The position numbers and the translations under genes are program-made. Positions 1-14,301 of a stretch of DNA of 64,000 nt are shown here, piece after piece. Under the pieces are notes generated by a model. That model searched no databases and was not told the origin of the DNA. It was given only the letters and a program-made list of their open reading frames with translations. Every line of letters starts with the position of its first letter. Position 1 is the stretch's first letter. The stretch spans positions 1,072,336 to 1,136,335 of the forward strand of contig WELB01000007.1 in the NCBI GenBank assembly GCA_009602725.1, written 5' to 3'. Source of the DNA: Spirogloea muscicola (lineage: Eukaryota).

Positions 1-2428
1 GCAGGCGGCGGCTTCCTCTCTGTCGACCTCCTCGCCGCGCCCGCCGCGTCGCCTCGGAGGCCGAAGCCGGCGGCGGTGCCGGCGCCGGCGGCGGCGGTCT
101 TTGGATCGAGCCAGGCGTGGGGTCCCGGCGCGGCAACGCTGGTCGTGGGCGGCGGTGGGCACTTGGCGACCGTCCAGGCCGCCGTGGACGCGGCGCCGCG
201 GCATGGCCGGGCCATCATCCGCGTCCTCCCCGGCGTGTACCGCGGGCAGGCGAGAGCCTGCATAATCAGTGCATGACGACATTCTTTGAACCCAACAGAA
301 CCTGCAGAAGACCAAGTCTTGCTGTTTCCCGAGAATCATCGTATTATTTGTATCAGTGTAAGTATTGCTGTATTAAAGAACCGGCACAGGCGCTCGCTGC
401 TGCCAGCCGCACCCCGTGCGCCCTGAGCTGACGCCCGGCGGCCACTGGTCGCGCTGCTGCCCAATGGCGCCCAGGTCCTCATACCCTCTCACAAGGCGGA
501 CGTCGTGATCGTGGTGAGCGCGACGGAGCATCCCAGGCTCGACGGCTCAAAGGCCTCGGCATTGGACACGCTACGGCTTCATCTTGTCGCAATCGAGCGG
601 CGCCCACATTGTCGTTGCCATACTGTGGCCAGTTTCCGCCGCCGCCGTCGCCCGGCCAGCCAGATGGCGACTCGTGCGCTCTGGCGGCCGCCCTCCTGAC
701 TGTCCTGTCCAGGGAGCGGCGGCTGCGTCCTGCTTCAGGGGGAGAGCGCGGAGAACACGCTCATCACCTTCGACGCCTTCAATGGCAAGCCCGGCGGGCC
801 GGACGGGAAGCCCTACAGCACGTACACTTGCGGCACGCTCCTGGTGAGCTGCTCGCCGCGCCCCTTTGTTAGCCCGCTCCTTAGCTGGAACAACTTTGAG
901 GTGATGAGCGGGACGCGCTGAACCAAGCTGGCCGGCCGCTGCGCGAACTCATGGGGGCGTGCTTCACGTGGCGCAGATTGATGCCCAGAAGTTTGTGGCC
1001 GTCAACATCTCAATCGAGAACTCTGCGGGGCCCCGCTGCGGCGGCGCATCTGGCCAAAATCAGGTCTGCCGCAAAGTGCCCTCTGCTGCCGGCCTGCAGC
1101 AAATTTAGACGAGCAGCTTCGTGACCCGTTGCTGTTGGCCCCCAAAAGCTTGCTGGGTTTAGGCCTTTTTGACCTCCTGTGTGCAGGCTGTGGCCGTGAG
1201 AGTGCAGAGCAACTCAGCAGCCTTCTATGGCTGCAGATTCATGGGGTACCAGGACACACTTTATGCAAAGCAGGGCAGGCAGGTGAGCTCTCGCCTTGAT
1301 GAGCAAGCTGTTCTGTGTGTGGTGTGGTACTTACCTTTTGGTCGCATCTTGCTGGCACGAAGACACTGAGGACTTGTGCTCACTTGATCTTGCATTGGCC
1401 AGTATGCTGTCCAGAGATCCTCGGGGATGAGCGATCACACCCCTTGGACAAACACAAAAGACATACAAAACTGCATCTATTAATATCTCAGAGCACCTCC
1501 TTGACCTTGAAGAGTACCATCCTCATCTGGTGGGTCCTGTTCTTGCCCTTGCAGTACTATGAAAGATGTGAAGTCGTAGGCAGTGTGGACTTCATATTTG
1601 GAGGGCCACAAGCATATGCTGTCTTTGTCTCCTGCTGCATCACCGCCAGCGACTCACCAGGCTTCTACACAGGTATGGTACTTCATCCTAGTCCACACAC
1701 TTTCTGCACTGTGGTTTCCATGTACGGCAAGCATGCCATAGTGGACACAGGCTTGGCCATCAGCCTGACGGGATCAGCTTCCTTGCTTTGCAGCGCATCG
1801 GCGGGATGTGGAAGCCGACCCAACGGATGATGGCGGCTTTGTTTTCGATAAGTGCAAGTTCACATGCACACATTCGGCCAGCCTAAGCCGGCAGGTGTTC
1901 TTAGGCAGGCCTTGGGGCCAGGACGCTCGCGTCATACTGGCAAGCTGCTTCATTGATAGCTGTGTGCCTGCTGTTGGCTGGTCACCGTGGAACACCAACA
2001 CAGACCCCTTGCGGCCAACTTTCTGGGAAGATAGCGATTGCTTTGGGCCTGGCTCAATGCAGGTGAGCATGGCGCACACATGTGGTCACAGTAAGTTCTA
2101 GACCAGGCAAGCTACCACGTTCCATGCTGCATCACTTTGATTTGTGTACTTCTACAGCCTGTTGCTGTACTGCAAGCTCGTGTGCAGGTTTATCAAGGAA
2201 GTGTATTATCCTGGACCATTGTGTGGCATGCAGGGTGCTGGGCATGGCCAGCGAGTGATAGGCAAGGGCGTCAGCACCAAGGCAGTGGCGCCTTATCTCA
2301 TTTATGCCCAATTCTTCAGTCTAGACTTTCCACCCCAAGTCGCCCCACGATACCATGTGCCGAGGGTAGAGGAGCCTCTCAGCACTCCTGTATTTTTGAC
2401 AAGACCAGGCCCTGTTCAAACAGCATGA
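1..2428 (+). CDS. PME: Pectin methylesterase (pectinesterase), multi-exon, 5' partial
   Basis: Spliced exons give TVQAAVDAAP..IRVLPGVY, QAVAVRV, YQDTLY, DFIFG and LGRPW, the canonical PME motifs. Stop at 2426-2428. First intron seen (250-474) has a GC donor. Confidence 0.93.
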
Positions 2429-2870
2429 ATGGTCAGGACGTCCATCGTGAAACTCAATGCATGCTCACCAATGTGTCTAATACTATTGCCAATACAAAGG
2501 ACACAGCTCCAAACGTTTGAACTCAACCATACTGCTTTTATAATTCTGCACACTGCAGTATAACAAAGGACTCGCAAGTGAGAGGACGACACATACATCC
2601 AATGAAATCTGACATCTACAGGACAATATTGCGCAAGTGCCAGTTTGGCAGTCTGGCATACTCACAGGAATGTTATACATCTTGCTGCAGAATGGTGTGT
2701 TATTGTCCCGTCACCACCACTGCTTGTCTTGGGGAAACCCAAGTGAAAAGGCGCCAAGAGTACGGATGTAACACCGATGAGCCTGGGGTTGAACACAGTC
2801 CTCCCCTCTATATCGCTCTTCCAGCAACTTGCCAGAATTGCCCTCTTCGCCACATTGGTAGCTATGTTGA

Positions 2871-5800
2871 CTATGGTTGTCTTGACACAGAGATGATGCA
2901 ATCCTTCCGAAGGGGGGTGTCAGTAAAAATGGCCTCTATCAAATTCCGCACCTGTCCAGCATCAGAGCAAAACTGAGGTGCTCAGCACAACATGAGCAAG
3001 CCACCTTCAAATTGGCTTTGCTCGTGCTCCTTTTGGCCACTAGAGAGAGCGATTCCAGTCTTGTCAATGCACATCCCTGGCCTGGACAACCAAGCCTTCC
3101 GGGCTCCCTTCTTATCTCGCAATTGTATCAGCCTCCTGAGCATCTTCGACAGATGACACAGTGAACCCCGTTGAATAGGGTGCTAAGTAGCTCATTATAG
3201 AAAATGTGAAACCTTTTAACCAATTATTACAGAGTAAGCCCTGGACTTACCTCCTGGCTGCTGAAACCACATTCAAGAAGGTCCCGACTCTCCCAAGCTT
3301 GTCTTATGGACACAAGAGACATATCAAGCAAATCTGGACAAGAGACAAAGCTTTAGTCCCTTGGGTTGTATGATTCACAGATTCAGGACAACACCTGTGT
3401 AGCAAGCTCCTATTCATGACACAAGATTTACAATTGCTGAAATATGGAAAGTCCCAAACATTGCTTCTTAAGCTCTTTATGTGTACGGAGGCAGGCAGCG
3501 AGAGTGACACCCACAGACCTGCCAACCGGCGAAGCTTTCTGTAAGAGAGCACAACCTCCAAGGCATCAGCGGCACTTGTGGTGCTCGTACTCAAGGGCTC
3601 AGCCTTCTCTCTTGAATTGGTGAAGTGATTGACCCCCTTCGGAGACAAAAGCGGCACCAAGTCCAACAGCAGCAAATCTGCAAGGCGCTTCAACTGCACC
3701 ACAAGTGTCTAGCAACAAGTCTATGGCTCTTCGGTCTCTGAAATCAACTCACGGGGTGTAGACATGGACATGTGTGTTCCCCTATTGCAAAGCTGGTGGC
3801 CTCAGAGAAACGTTTTTCACCTGCACTGTTTCTTCCACGGCCATGTCCCTCAAGTTAAGTACATTGGAAATGAAAAGCGTAAAAAGCTTGTCAATCAGCT
3901 CAGTGATCAACTCCACATACACAGACCATGCCAGCACGGGCCTCCAAGCATCTCCAACGGCTTTAAGCTCGCTGGTAGCCTGGTGCAAAGCCACGGCAAT
4001 GCACATACACATGTGAGCAAAGTTTGCAGCTGATAATGCCAACCCATAGGTGTGTCGTGTTGTTCTTTCAACCACTCAAACATTCAAGCCTCCAAATGAC
4101 ACACAACCTTAACCTAGTCAGGCAATGACTCCAGGTCTTATATAATAGCTGCACATCTCGGCATTTGCACCTTCTTCAGGGCCCCCTTGGCAATGCCTAG
4201 ATGCTGTTCATTGTCTGTAGATCGAAAGCCACCTGCTCCATCCAGTGCCTGAATAGATCAACTCAAGTTGCTCATCATTCGTGGACACATTTTTAAGAAC
4301 AGACTTAGCATATGCTGAGACAGATGAGCCAACTCATCAACTCGTGCAAGATATTCACTTGTAAGTGCAGATCACTGAAAGCACCTGAACTATCTTCTGC
4401 TTCCGCCGCTCCATTTGTGACAGTCGTGTCTCTTCCGCAAATTGCCTCAATTGAGGGACCATGTCAAGGTACGTCGCAATATCTGGTAATGGCTGTGGCA
4501 AGAATCTCCGATACTGCTCGCTCGCCAACCAAGGACAAGCACTGGTTTAATTGGTAGATCTTGGTGTAAGACCTAGAGTCTTGGTGCAACATATTGACGT
4601 CGTTCGTCAACCCAATCAGTCAATTCCTTCACGACAGACAAGCTGAGCAGCTGCCTCTGAATGCTGGGCAAGCATTTCCACAAATTGCAAACATCAGCAT
4701 CATTGACTGCTTGCCATCAGTCAAACATATCAGCATTAGACTGCGTAGTTGAGCTCACCTGAAAAGCAAGAGTCAGAGTTAAGTGCTTCAAGAAAAGGCA
4801 GTCATTGTGGAAAACCATTGCTTGCCGGGTATCTGAAGTCAGGACTGCGTCGAACTGGCCAAGCACAACGTACACATGAGCTTCTCATTATTGGTCTTTG
4901 GCTCCTTGTTGAAAGCTTGTGCCTCAGAAGCAAGAATGCAGGAAACTGCGCTACAGATGATGCTACAGCATCTCTCTGATGCAGTTGTGACTACCTTGGC
5001 TGGAGCCACTGCTTGGAAGAGAAGCAGTGCATCCCTGGAAGCTCTGTAGAGCTCCATGGCTGTCCTGGGGGTTGACTTAACAGCCTCGTCCAGGGACTCT
5101 CGCACAAGATCTGCCAGCCCGTGGATTGGAATGGACACTGCGCATGCTTCCCATTGGAAGAATGGAGCAAGCCCTGCACGCGATTCTTTCTTGCCATCTG
5201 TCCACTTCATACCTCCACAGTCTTGCAAGTCCTGCATTCGTGCACCTCAACAAGAATCTGTGCATGAGACACTGCCCAGGTGATATGTTTTATAAAACTT
5301 CATTCTGCACAGATTGCTCATTTTCCTCATCCATCTTGTGTACCTTGCACGAATACAATCCTGGAGTCTTGATCAGCGCCCGTGCACTCGCTTGCACCTT
5401 CCTTCTTCTCTTGCTGGCAAAATGCATATCCACATCCGCTGAGTAATTGCTCAACCGGCAGGAGAAGTGCTGCTTGTCACTGTCTCCTCTGAGCAAATCA
5501 AAGAGGCCCATGTCGGCTAGTGAGGACTCCAGTTCCCTTGTCTCACTTGCCACCTGCTGGAAATGCACAAGCTCAGCAGTCTCGTTTGGCACTGCCTGCC
5601 ACAACATAAAAACAAGCAGTCAGCTTGGCAGCTCAACAACGAAAGCTTGCCTTCAGATGTTGCTGTAGGCCATCTGTTTGATCTAACAAGGTCGTTTCAA
5701 CAATCGCTTGTGCACCCTGCCATCTAGTCTTACTAGCAACTGCAGGTCAACGGGCAGGGACGGGAGGTGGACTCTAACAATATCTTCAAAGCTGGAAACT

Positions 5801-7931
5801 TGTCCACCTACTACATCCAGACAAGACGTCTAGTTCCAGCAAGTAGCATGATACTAACGCTTTGTGCGAGCACAAGTCTGCTTACACATGGACAGGGATG
5901 AGCACCTTACTCAAGCAGCCAGCTATGACAGCATCCGCTAGCCTTGGCCACAAGGCCCAGCCAAGCTGGCACAGTCGTCGCTGATCTCCTTGAAGCACCT
6001 CACGAAGCAAGAAGCCCATGAAGACAAGCAACTTTGGGTAGAGTTCTGCTGGTTTTGGATTGGCCTGTTTGCACGGTGTCATGCAATTGATGAATGTCGA
6101 CTCATGCAAACACACAGGAACAAGTGCACAATGTAATGCAACGTGCACCACAATCTGGCTGTGGATGGAACCAGCTCACTGTTACTGCTTGAGTAGGGAT
6201 GTGCCAGGTAAGTATGGCATCAGAGGTGGGGGATGACTGCTGGACTTCCTCCAAGCCCACATCAGCTTGACAGGTAAGAACACCCAGCAATGCTTGGAAT
6301 AGATCTTCAGATAGGCTGGCAAAGTATTCTTCCAATAAGCCCAGAGCCTGAGGCCTCAAATAAGACAGCAAGCCACACCCAAAATTTGAATCTGGACCTG
6401 TTTGGACGACCTTTGAGCTCGTGCCTAGATGAACAACCGATGCAGGACTCCCAACTCCACGTGCTCTGGTGCTTTGACCTTCCAATGCATCACAAGTACC
6501 GCCGAGTTCGATGCAGAAGGATGACCTGCAAACTGTCCAGTGCTTCCCCGTACGTCGGCGATGCTTGGCCTACAGGTTGACAAGTGACCCGAAGCTCACA
6601 TTTCCTCCGGTCCAGGACAACATTCTGGGAGACTACATCGCCCAGGCTATACCTGAGCTGCACAATTGCAAGCAGCCGCTCAGTAGATGCAATCAGACAG
6701 CTAAAGATATGAAGGGTAGAAAGTGACCAAAAAAGTCCTCGCAATGTCCATGACCACAGTGCCTTGAAGCGAGAGAGTATAATGCCTTTGGAGCCTTGAG
6801 AAAGTGAAAGTGCTCCAAGGCTACTTTCAATAGGAGTAATCTTGCACTCCAGCGTACAGATTCCGTGCGCCTATCGCTGAAAAGGCCAATAGCCAGGCAC
6901 CTTCTTGCCATTCGTCTCTCCGTCAACCACAGTAAGTCCAATAAGGAGGTGCTGAACCCTACACCCTTAGTGCAATTTGTAGAGTTTTAGAGTATTGAGC
7001 CTAGCCGCTTCTTTTGTGAGCTTACCTCTGTATGCCGAGCAACCCAGTCCTGCTGAAATGCTTCAAGAATGAAATAAGGAGGCTCCTTGGCAGCTTGCTC
7101 CGTTGCAAGCTTGCCCTCTACAGCCTGCAAGCCGAGCGGCGCCTGGAGGCTGCGGAGAGCATGCGCCGCCTGCACCAGCTTGCCAGCTTTGATGCACTCT
7201 TCTGTCACCTGCATGATGTGCTCAAGAGCGAACTCAAGCACGATGCAAGCGCAAGTATACAAGTAGCTCCTAATTTTGCTCAGAAAAGAGGTCCGCATTT
7301 ATGCAAATTATTTTGGGACAATAGCTAGAAATTGACAGTCTGAACTGCATCAACAGGGGACTGCATGGATGAATATCCCATTTCACATCGTTGCTTGCGC
7401 AAGTTACGCCGATGCGAAGCAATGAGCTGCCAGCTGCAGAGCCAGGCTGCACACTCCGCAAGGAGGACGCAACCTGCAGAATGCCTCCAGCCGAGCAGAA
7501 GGGCCAGAGAGGCCGGTCAGCGAACCTGCAGCTGGTTGCTGAGCTGCACCAAGGCGTCTACCGCAGCGACAGCCGCGCGGCGCTCTTGGAGCTCCATCTG
7601 GACGCGCTGGGCGTGGAGAACTGCCGCACGCAGCGACGACCCGAGCGGCGCTGCACCACTGCTGCGGGCCTCCGCAGCGGCACCGCCGCGCGGCTCCAGC
7701 AGCAGAGCCATGGCGTCCTGCAGCTCGAGCTCCAGCTCCTCCGCGTCTGCGCACAGGTCTCCTCCACGCACTGCGCAGCTTTAGGGAGCGCATCGCTAGC
7801 GAGCCAGTGTGCCGGCGACGGGCGACGCCGGCCGAGCTGGCAGCCCGAGCGAGCGCTCTGACCCGAGCAGGCGCCGGCGGCGGAGGCGGCCAGGGCCAGC
7901 AGCGCGCCGCGGCCGTTGTGCAGCGCGTGCG
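2871..7931 (-). CDS. ZW10: Centromere/kinetochore and ER-tethering protein ZW10 homolog, multi-exon, start lost in gap
   Basis: Exons YSADVDMHFASKRRRKV, ELYRASRDALLLFQAVAPAK, LRDMAVEETVQL, RKLRRLA-DLLDMSLVSIRQAWE and VRNLIEAIFTDTPLRKDCI resemble plant ZW10 as I recall it. Stop at 2871-2873. Confidence 0.85.
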
Positions 7932-8089
7932 NNNNNNNNNNNNNNNNNNNNNNNNNNNNNNNNNNNNNNNNNNNNNNNNNNNNNNNNNNNNNNNNNNNNN
8001 NNNNNNNNNNNNNNNNNNNNNNNNNNNNNNNNNNNNNNNNNNNNNNNNNNNNNNNNNNNNNNNNNNNNNNNNNNNNNNNNNNNNNNNNN

Positions 8090-11005
8090 AGCACGAGGCC
8101 TTCGCCGAAGGCCTGCCTTCGGCAGGCGACCCCGACGTCCGGGCGGGCCGCGGGAAGCCGCCGCCGCTGCAGCCGCCGCTGGGGCCGGCGCCATCTGAGG
8201 CGGCCGCGGACGCGGAGGAGCGGCGCACCTACGGGCGCGTGTGCGTGCTGTCCATCGACGGCGGCGGCATCCGCGGCTGCATCCCCGCGCGCATCCTGGC
8301 GCGCCTCGAGGCGCTGCTGCAGCAGAAGTCCGGCCACTCGTCCACACGCATTGCCGGTCCGCCGCCTTTCGCCGCCCATGGCCAGGGCCCCGGAGCTCCC
8401 GCTGCCGTCGGAGCCGAGGCTGAGCTGCCGACGGTCGTTGTGACGATAGCCTCGTCACGGGAAAGGCTTTGCAAGGCTGCGCTAGGTGGGTGAGGCTTGC
8501 ATTCCCAGCTCAAGGTGCGCTGCCACTGACTGCGTCGACTTCCAATGGCCCCAGACTACTTCGACCTCTTTGCCGGCACGTCAGTCGGCGGCCTGCTGAC
8601 CGTCATGCTCCTCACGCCCGGGGAGGACGGGCGCCCCAAGTACACTGCGGAGGAGGCGTGCCAGTTCATCGAGCACCACGGCGCGCTCATCTTCCCCCAG
8701 AAGCTCTGCAGCCCGCTGCGGGCGATCAAGAACATTTTGCGGCCCAAGTACAGCGCGCGCAAGTACGAGGCGCTCCTCGAGACCCATCTACGCCACCCTG
8801 ACGGCAACTACATCACCCTCAAAGAGCTGCTCAAGGTTGCCTCTTCACACTTGCCCCTCGCTTGCAGGCCTTGCCTACCTGCCGAAGTGCAGCCGACGGA
8901 GTGGAGCCTGCATTGCTGCGGTGGCGTGACAGCGCGTAGGATATGGGACACTGAGTCAGCCTGCACTCATTGCTTTCTGGCAGCCTTGCATGATTCCTGC
9001 ATGGGATTGCGCCTCCGCCAGCCCCCAATTCTTCATCCAGGACATTGCCAAGAGGTTGGAGCGGTGCAACTACCGCCTTGTTGATGTCTGCAGGTAACCG
9101 TCAATCGCGAATTGGACTATCTTATTTCTGCAGAAGCTCCATGCTCAAGCCTTATTGTCAGCGTTTGGTATTCCTGTCAGTCATTGATTGTCATCACTCT
9201 GTTCATATGACCAGTTAGTTTAAAACTGTCACTTTCTGCGTCAGGTCTACTTCGGCAGCACCTACCTACTTCAGGCCCGCCCCTATCACCGCGTGTGATG
9301 GCGTCACCCAGAATGTGTGCATCGACGGTGGCTTGGTGGTCAACAACCCCACACTGGCAAGCACCCCTTGTGCCACTTCTGTCTGCTAGAATGAGGTGCT
9401 TGTTGTAGGCTTCCACATGCCTTGGAGGCGAGCTGATCATGACCTCTCACCTACTCGGCAGCCATTCTAGTCATTGCTAGTCAAATACGCCTCGCTCAAA
9501 GGGCACCCATGTCGGTAGAGGATTGAGGTCCAAGTTGTCTTGGCATGCGAGTAAGAGCACTGGGGCTTGCACCACTGTTGAGTTTCAAGTTGCGAGGCTT
9601 GGCTTCAAGCTGCTGATCTGCATGTGAGCAAGCCACAAGGTAGCCTGCACGTCACTGCACATGTGCTATTTTTGGCCAGCTTGTCCAATGCTACATCCGC
9701 TGTTCGCGGCTTGAGAGCAGGTTGCGGTTGAGTGGGTGGACATAAATCCTGACGTCTTTCCGGACGTCAGGGGCCGCCACGACAAGGGGCGACACGCTCA
9801 GCTGCAGAGCAAGCTGATCCTCTCAATTGGGACTGGCGAGGAGTCCCCGCGGTACACATACATGGTAATCGACTGCCACACTCAAAAATAATCATCCAAC
9901 TTGTGTGGATGTGAACTTTGCCAAAGCACAGAACCTTCACTACCCTGCTACTCGTGTCTTTGACTTATTTCTTCTTACCAGACCCTGGACACAGTAGTCC
10001 AAGTACTGGACTACTGACTGGCCCATGTGTGCATGTAAGCAGGATGTGCGGAACTGGGGGCAGCTGGCTTGGGTGCAGCCGTTAATAGAGATCATGTTCA
10101 ACAGCTCCAGCCACATCACGGAGTACATAGTAGCAGCTATCATGCGCCTGCTCGACACGCCTTTGGACTACTTCCGGATTCAGGTCCAGCGCATCTCTCC
10201 ATCTCACAGATGCGTTTACCCCTAAACCCTGAACCCTAAGTCCTTTCAACTCTCACAAGCTGCTGTTGGCACACATGAGAACGAAGTTGCTATGCTATCA
10301 TTGAAGCACTCCGCAAGCAGGTCAAGAAGCTGCCCGGCACCACCAAGGCAATGGACAATCCGACCCCCAAGAATGTGAAGCTCCTCTTTGACCTTGCGGA
10401 CGAGGTCCTGAAGGAGAAGGCCACACAGATGACGAGGTACACTCACTGGCAAGATGGGGACACTCCGTGAAAGCATTTATGCAGCTTCTGGGCCGGCTCA
10501 TCTCACCTCTCTGCAGCACAGCTCAAGACTCTGACAGCTTGCTCATTATCTACTGCATTCTCAAGGTCAGCTGGTCCAGTGACATGATCTGACAGATGAC
10601 ACTGTGATGTTTTCACTACCCAGGACAGGAAGATATGAAGAGCTTGACCACACCAACGAGGAGCGCTTGTCATGGTTTGCAGATCAGCTTATCAACGAGC
10701 ACCGTAGCCGCCTGTTCCGACCACGGGCACAGGTGACACTCTGAAGTGGCACTTGTGCATACATAACTTCAGGCGTCTCGTCAGGCTTTTCGTCTGCAGT
10801 CACTTGTGCAGCGTCTTTAGTACATGTTTTTGCAGGTGTTCTGTACTAGCCATGTGACACTTGCCACTGTCATTTGCAGGCGTCTTCGGCTTTTGGCCAA
10901 AATACCTCAATGAAGAACACAGCACGATGGAAGCATCTATCGAGCAAACAGCGGGCCTCCAGCCCTAAGAACAAACCCCTCCCTGGGATGCTGCAAGGCC
11001 TGTGA
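8090..11005 (+). CDS. Patatin-like phospholipase / acyl hydrolase, multi-exon, start lost in gap
   Basis: LSIDGGGIRG, DYFDLFAGTSVGG (G-x-S-x-G), STSAAPTYF, IDGGLVVNNPTL (catalytic DGG) and LSIGTG. Confidence 0.92.
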
Positions 11006-12173
11006 GCGATAGTTGGCAACCTCCACTTAGAAATGCTTGGTCAACTCATTCAACTGATCATGGTGCAAGTCAGGAAGTTGTGCTGCCTTATGCATGCACG
11101 GCAAAGTGTCTAAGGGACGTTTTCTTGATTTGATGTACATTGACACACAAGTTGTGGGCATCAGAAATACCAATCAGTAGGCAAGCACGCATGCACAGTG
11201 CTTCGTCACTGCAGCCAAAGCAAGTACTGCAAGCACTGCAGTACACACATTTATTGATTGATTGTTACTTATGTGGTGCTGGACTCGATACCTTATCACG
11301 TCTTGTGTCTTGTGCTGCACCTACTTCGATCAGCTACATTTACACAGATTGTCTGTGTCGGACTGAACGTGCGGTGCTCTGCAGAGTGTCTGCACTGGTT
11401 TCTCAGCTCAATCTGGCAACCATGATCCAGCTTGTGGTCTCCAGATGCAGGCAGGCGTGGACCTTTAGGATGTACCGGCAAGCTCCCTGCGCAGGCTTTG
11501 AAGCTGCTGCATTCTGCACTTGCATTGAAGCCCTTTCACCATTAAGAGTACTTACTGCAATCCTGGCAAACCGTGGGACAGGCGGGCATGCTTAGCGCTA
11601 CTGAGTTCATCTCAGCTATCTACTCCAGACTGCAGCAGCAGAATGGGCCAAAACACCTCAGCGTGATATTTGTGCAGCGCAAGCGGCATGCTCAGCAGCA
11701 GGTAAGCTCTGGTCATTGCTCGGATTGAGATTCCTTCGCATCCCACATGCTCACGGCCCATCTCTCGTCTGAGGCTCCCTTGATATGGTCATGAACACAC
11801 CCTCCCACTTTTCCCACTAGCTTTTGGTGTATTGGCTTGAACTGGCCAACCCTTAATTTGATGCGCACCGCGCGCGCCTTCTCTCTCCTACACAAGAACC
11901 TGGTACAGAGTGCCTCTTACACAAGGAAGACTGCGGCTGTTGATCTGAAAAGAGCCGCTGCAAGAAGGCGGGCTCGCCCATCGAGGATAGGGGCTGGGGA
12001 AAGCCAGCCCAGAAAAGCTGCGAGAGGCCAGCCAGGTGCTCATGACGGAGCCACCTACACAGCCGCTCCGTCGATACTACCACAGCCGTATTCGTCTCAT
12101 CCGCCAGCGCCGAAGCCCGAGCCACGGCCCGCCCGGGCCCCCGCCGCGCAGCCCGGCGGCGGCGGCGGCCGCC

Positions 12174-14301
12174 ATGGCAGCGAGGGCCCTGGCCAAGACG
12201 CACGCGCNNNNNNNNNNNNNNNNNNNNNNNNNNNNNNNNNNNNNNNNNNNNNNNNNNNNNNNNNNNNNNNNNNNNNNNNNNNNNNNNNNNNNNNNNNNNN
12301 NNNNNNNNNNNNNNNNNNNNNNNNNNNNNNNNNNNNNNNNNNNNNNNNNNNNNNNNNNNNNNNNNNNNNNNNNNNNNNNNNNNNNNNNNNNNNNNNNNNN
12401 NNNNNNNNNNNNNNNNNNNNNNNNNNNNNNNNNNNNNNNNNNNNNNNNNNNNNNNNNNNNNNNNNNNNNNNNNNNNNNNNNNNNNNNNNNNNNNNNNNNT
12501 CCGCACCATCTTCCCGCACAGCGGCGAGTTCCGCGTCGGCGACGCCGGAGACGGCGGCGCGGCGGCGCCGCCGCTGACGGCGGCGCAGGTGGTGGCGATG
12601 CTGGCGCCGTTCGTGGGCGACGAGCGGCGGGCGCGCATTGCGGAGGTCGCGGCGGGCCGCACGTACTCGGTGCTGCCGGTTGTGGAGGGCCTGGTGGACC
12701 TGGGCAACATCGGCGCCGTCTGCCGCACCGCCGAGGCGCTGGGCTGCCAGGGCCTTCACGTCATCGACACCGCCCGCAACCAGCGGTGCGTCTCCACCGA
12801 CTGCCGCCGCTGTCCCTCGCTCGCTCGGACCGGCAGTTGGCCTTCCGCCTCGAAGCCGCCGTGCCCAATGTCCAGTCCACTTTTTGGTAGACTGCATGTT
12901 GTAAATGGGATCTCCTACGCAACGACATATACAGTACCAGCTATACTAATAGTTGCCTCGTACATTTGTACCAAAGCTTACGGTCGTCAGCCTGCGCCCT
13001 GCCATTGATGTTGAGGGAGAGAGCAGCGCGTGCCACTCGCTCCCAGGTTCAAGAAGAACCGCAGCGTGAGCATGGGCTCGGACAAGTGGCTGGACGTGGA
13101 GCTGTGGGAGGGCACCGAGTGCTGCATCCGCAGCCTGCGGGCTCGTGGCTACCGGATTGCTGTCACCCTCATCGCCCCTGATTCGGTAGGCTGGCGGCTC
13201 CTGCCCTGCTGGCCGCCTGGGGAATCACATCTTCAATGCTACAAAGGCGGCCCATGTATAGCACGCGGTTCGCCGCGACTGGAGTACTGCTGAGAGATCC
13301 ACAGCTGGCTGGTCTCTGTGTGATAGCATGTTTTCTAAAGAACGAATCAGCAAAAGTGTGGAATTTTCGCTGAAGTACAATTGCACTGCTTTGCGCTCCT
13401 GGCAGACACTTGCGGCATCTTAAAGGCCTTCGCTGGAGACTGCGCTGCAGGTCCCCATCTACGACATGGACTGGACCATTCCTACCGCCGTCATACTCGG
13501 GAATGAGAAGGAGTGCGCCCGCAGCTCCCTATGCCTTGCTGCGTCACTGCACAAGTCTTTGCATCCTGCCAGTCCTCAACTGCAGCTATGGCAAATGCAC
13601 ATCAGTGTAGTAGCTACGCACCTTGGGGGGGAAGCTTGCAAGCTCGTGGCCCTTGTTGTCCGGTGTACTCTCAACAGCTTGAGAAGTAGCACGTGGAAGT
13701 TGCAACTTTTCATGCTGTGTTGCGTGTAAGATTTCTGCCTTTAGCTCAGAGCAGACCCTCTCAATCTCAGTGCTGTTGGTTGTGGTCTTTAAAGTATACA
13801 TCAGGTGTCCTTGGCTTTTGCAGGGGCGTGAGTGACAAAGCTGTGCAGCTGTCGGACGTGCGGTGCAGCATTCCCATTGGCGGCATGGTGGACTCATTCA
13901 ACATCTCCGTCGCCGCTGGCATCATTCTGCATCATGCGGCTCGCAGCCGAATTGCCCAGCAGGTAAGCCACCACTGCTGAAAGCTCCGTCCTTTCACAGC
14001 AATCACATAAAAATGCTCATCCCCACGAGATCTGATTCCCGTTTGTGTAAAGGGGAAGCCCATGACCTTTGCAGAATTTGACTTGTTACAGCCGCCTTCC
14101 TGCCAGGGTTTCCATGGCGACCTGACGGAGGTGCAGCGCGAGATCCTGACAGCTGAGCTGCTGCTGCGACACAGCAGGCAGACAGGCGACATCCTGCTGC
14201 GATTGGTTTCACCAGATCGCAATGTTCGGGTCAATACAGCAGGCCAGCAGAGCAGGTTTGCGAACTTCTTCCGTGAAGAGCTCGCACGGAGCTGCGACTG
14301 A
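12174..14301 (+). CDS. SpoU/TrmH-family tRNA/rRNA 2'-O-methyltransferase, exon 1 interrupted by a gap
   Basis: VVEGLVDLGNIGAVCRTAEALG, AVILGNEKEGVS and IPIGGMVDSFNISVAAGI are SPOUT motifs 1-3. Confidence 0.9.
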
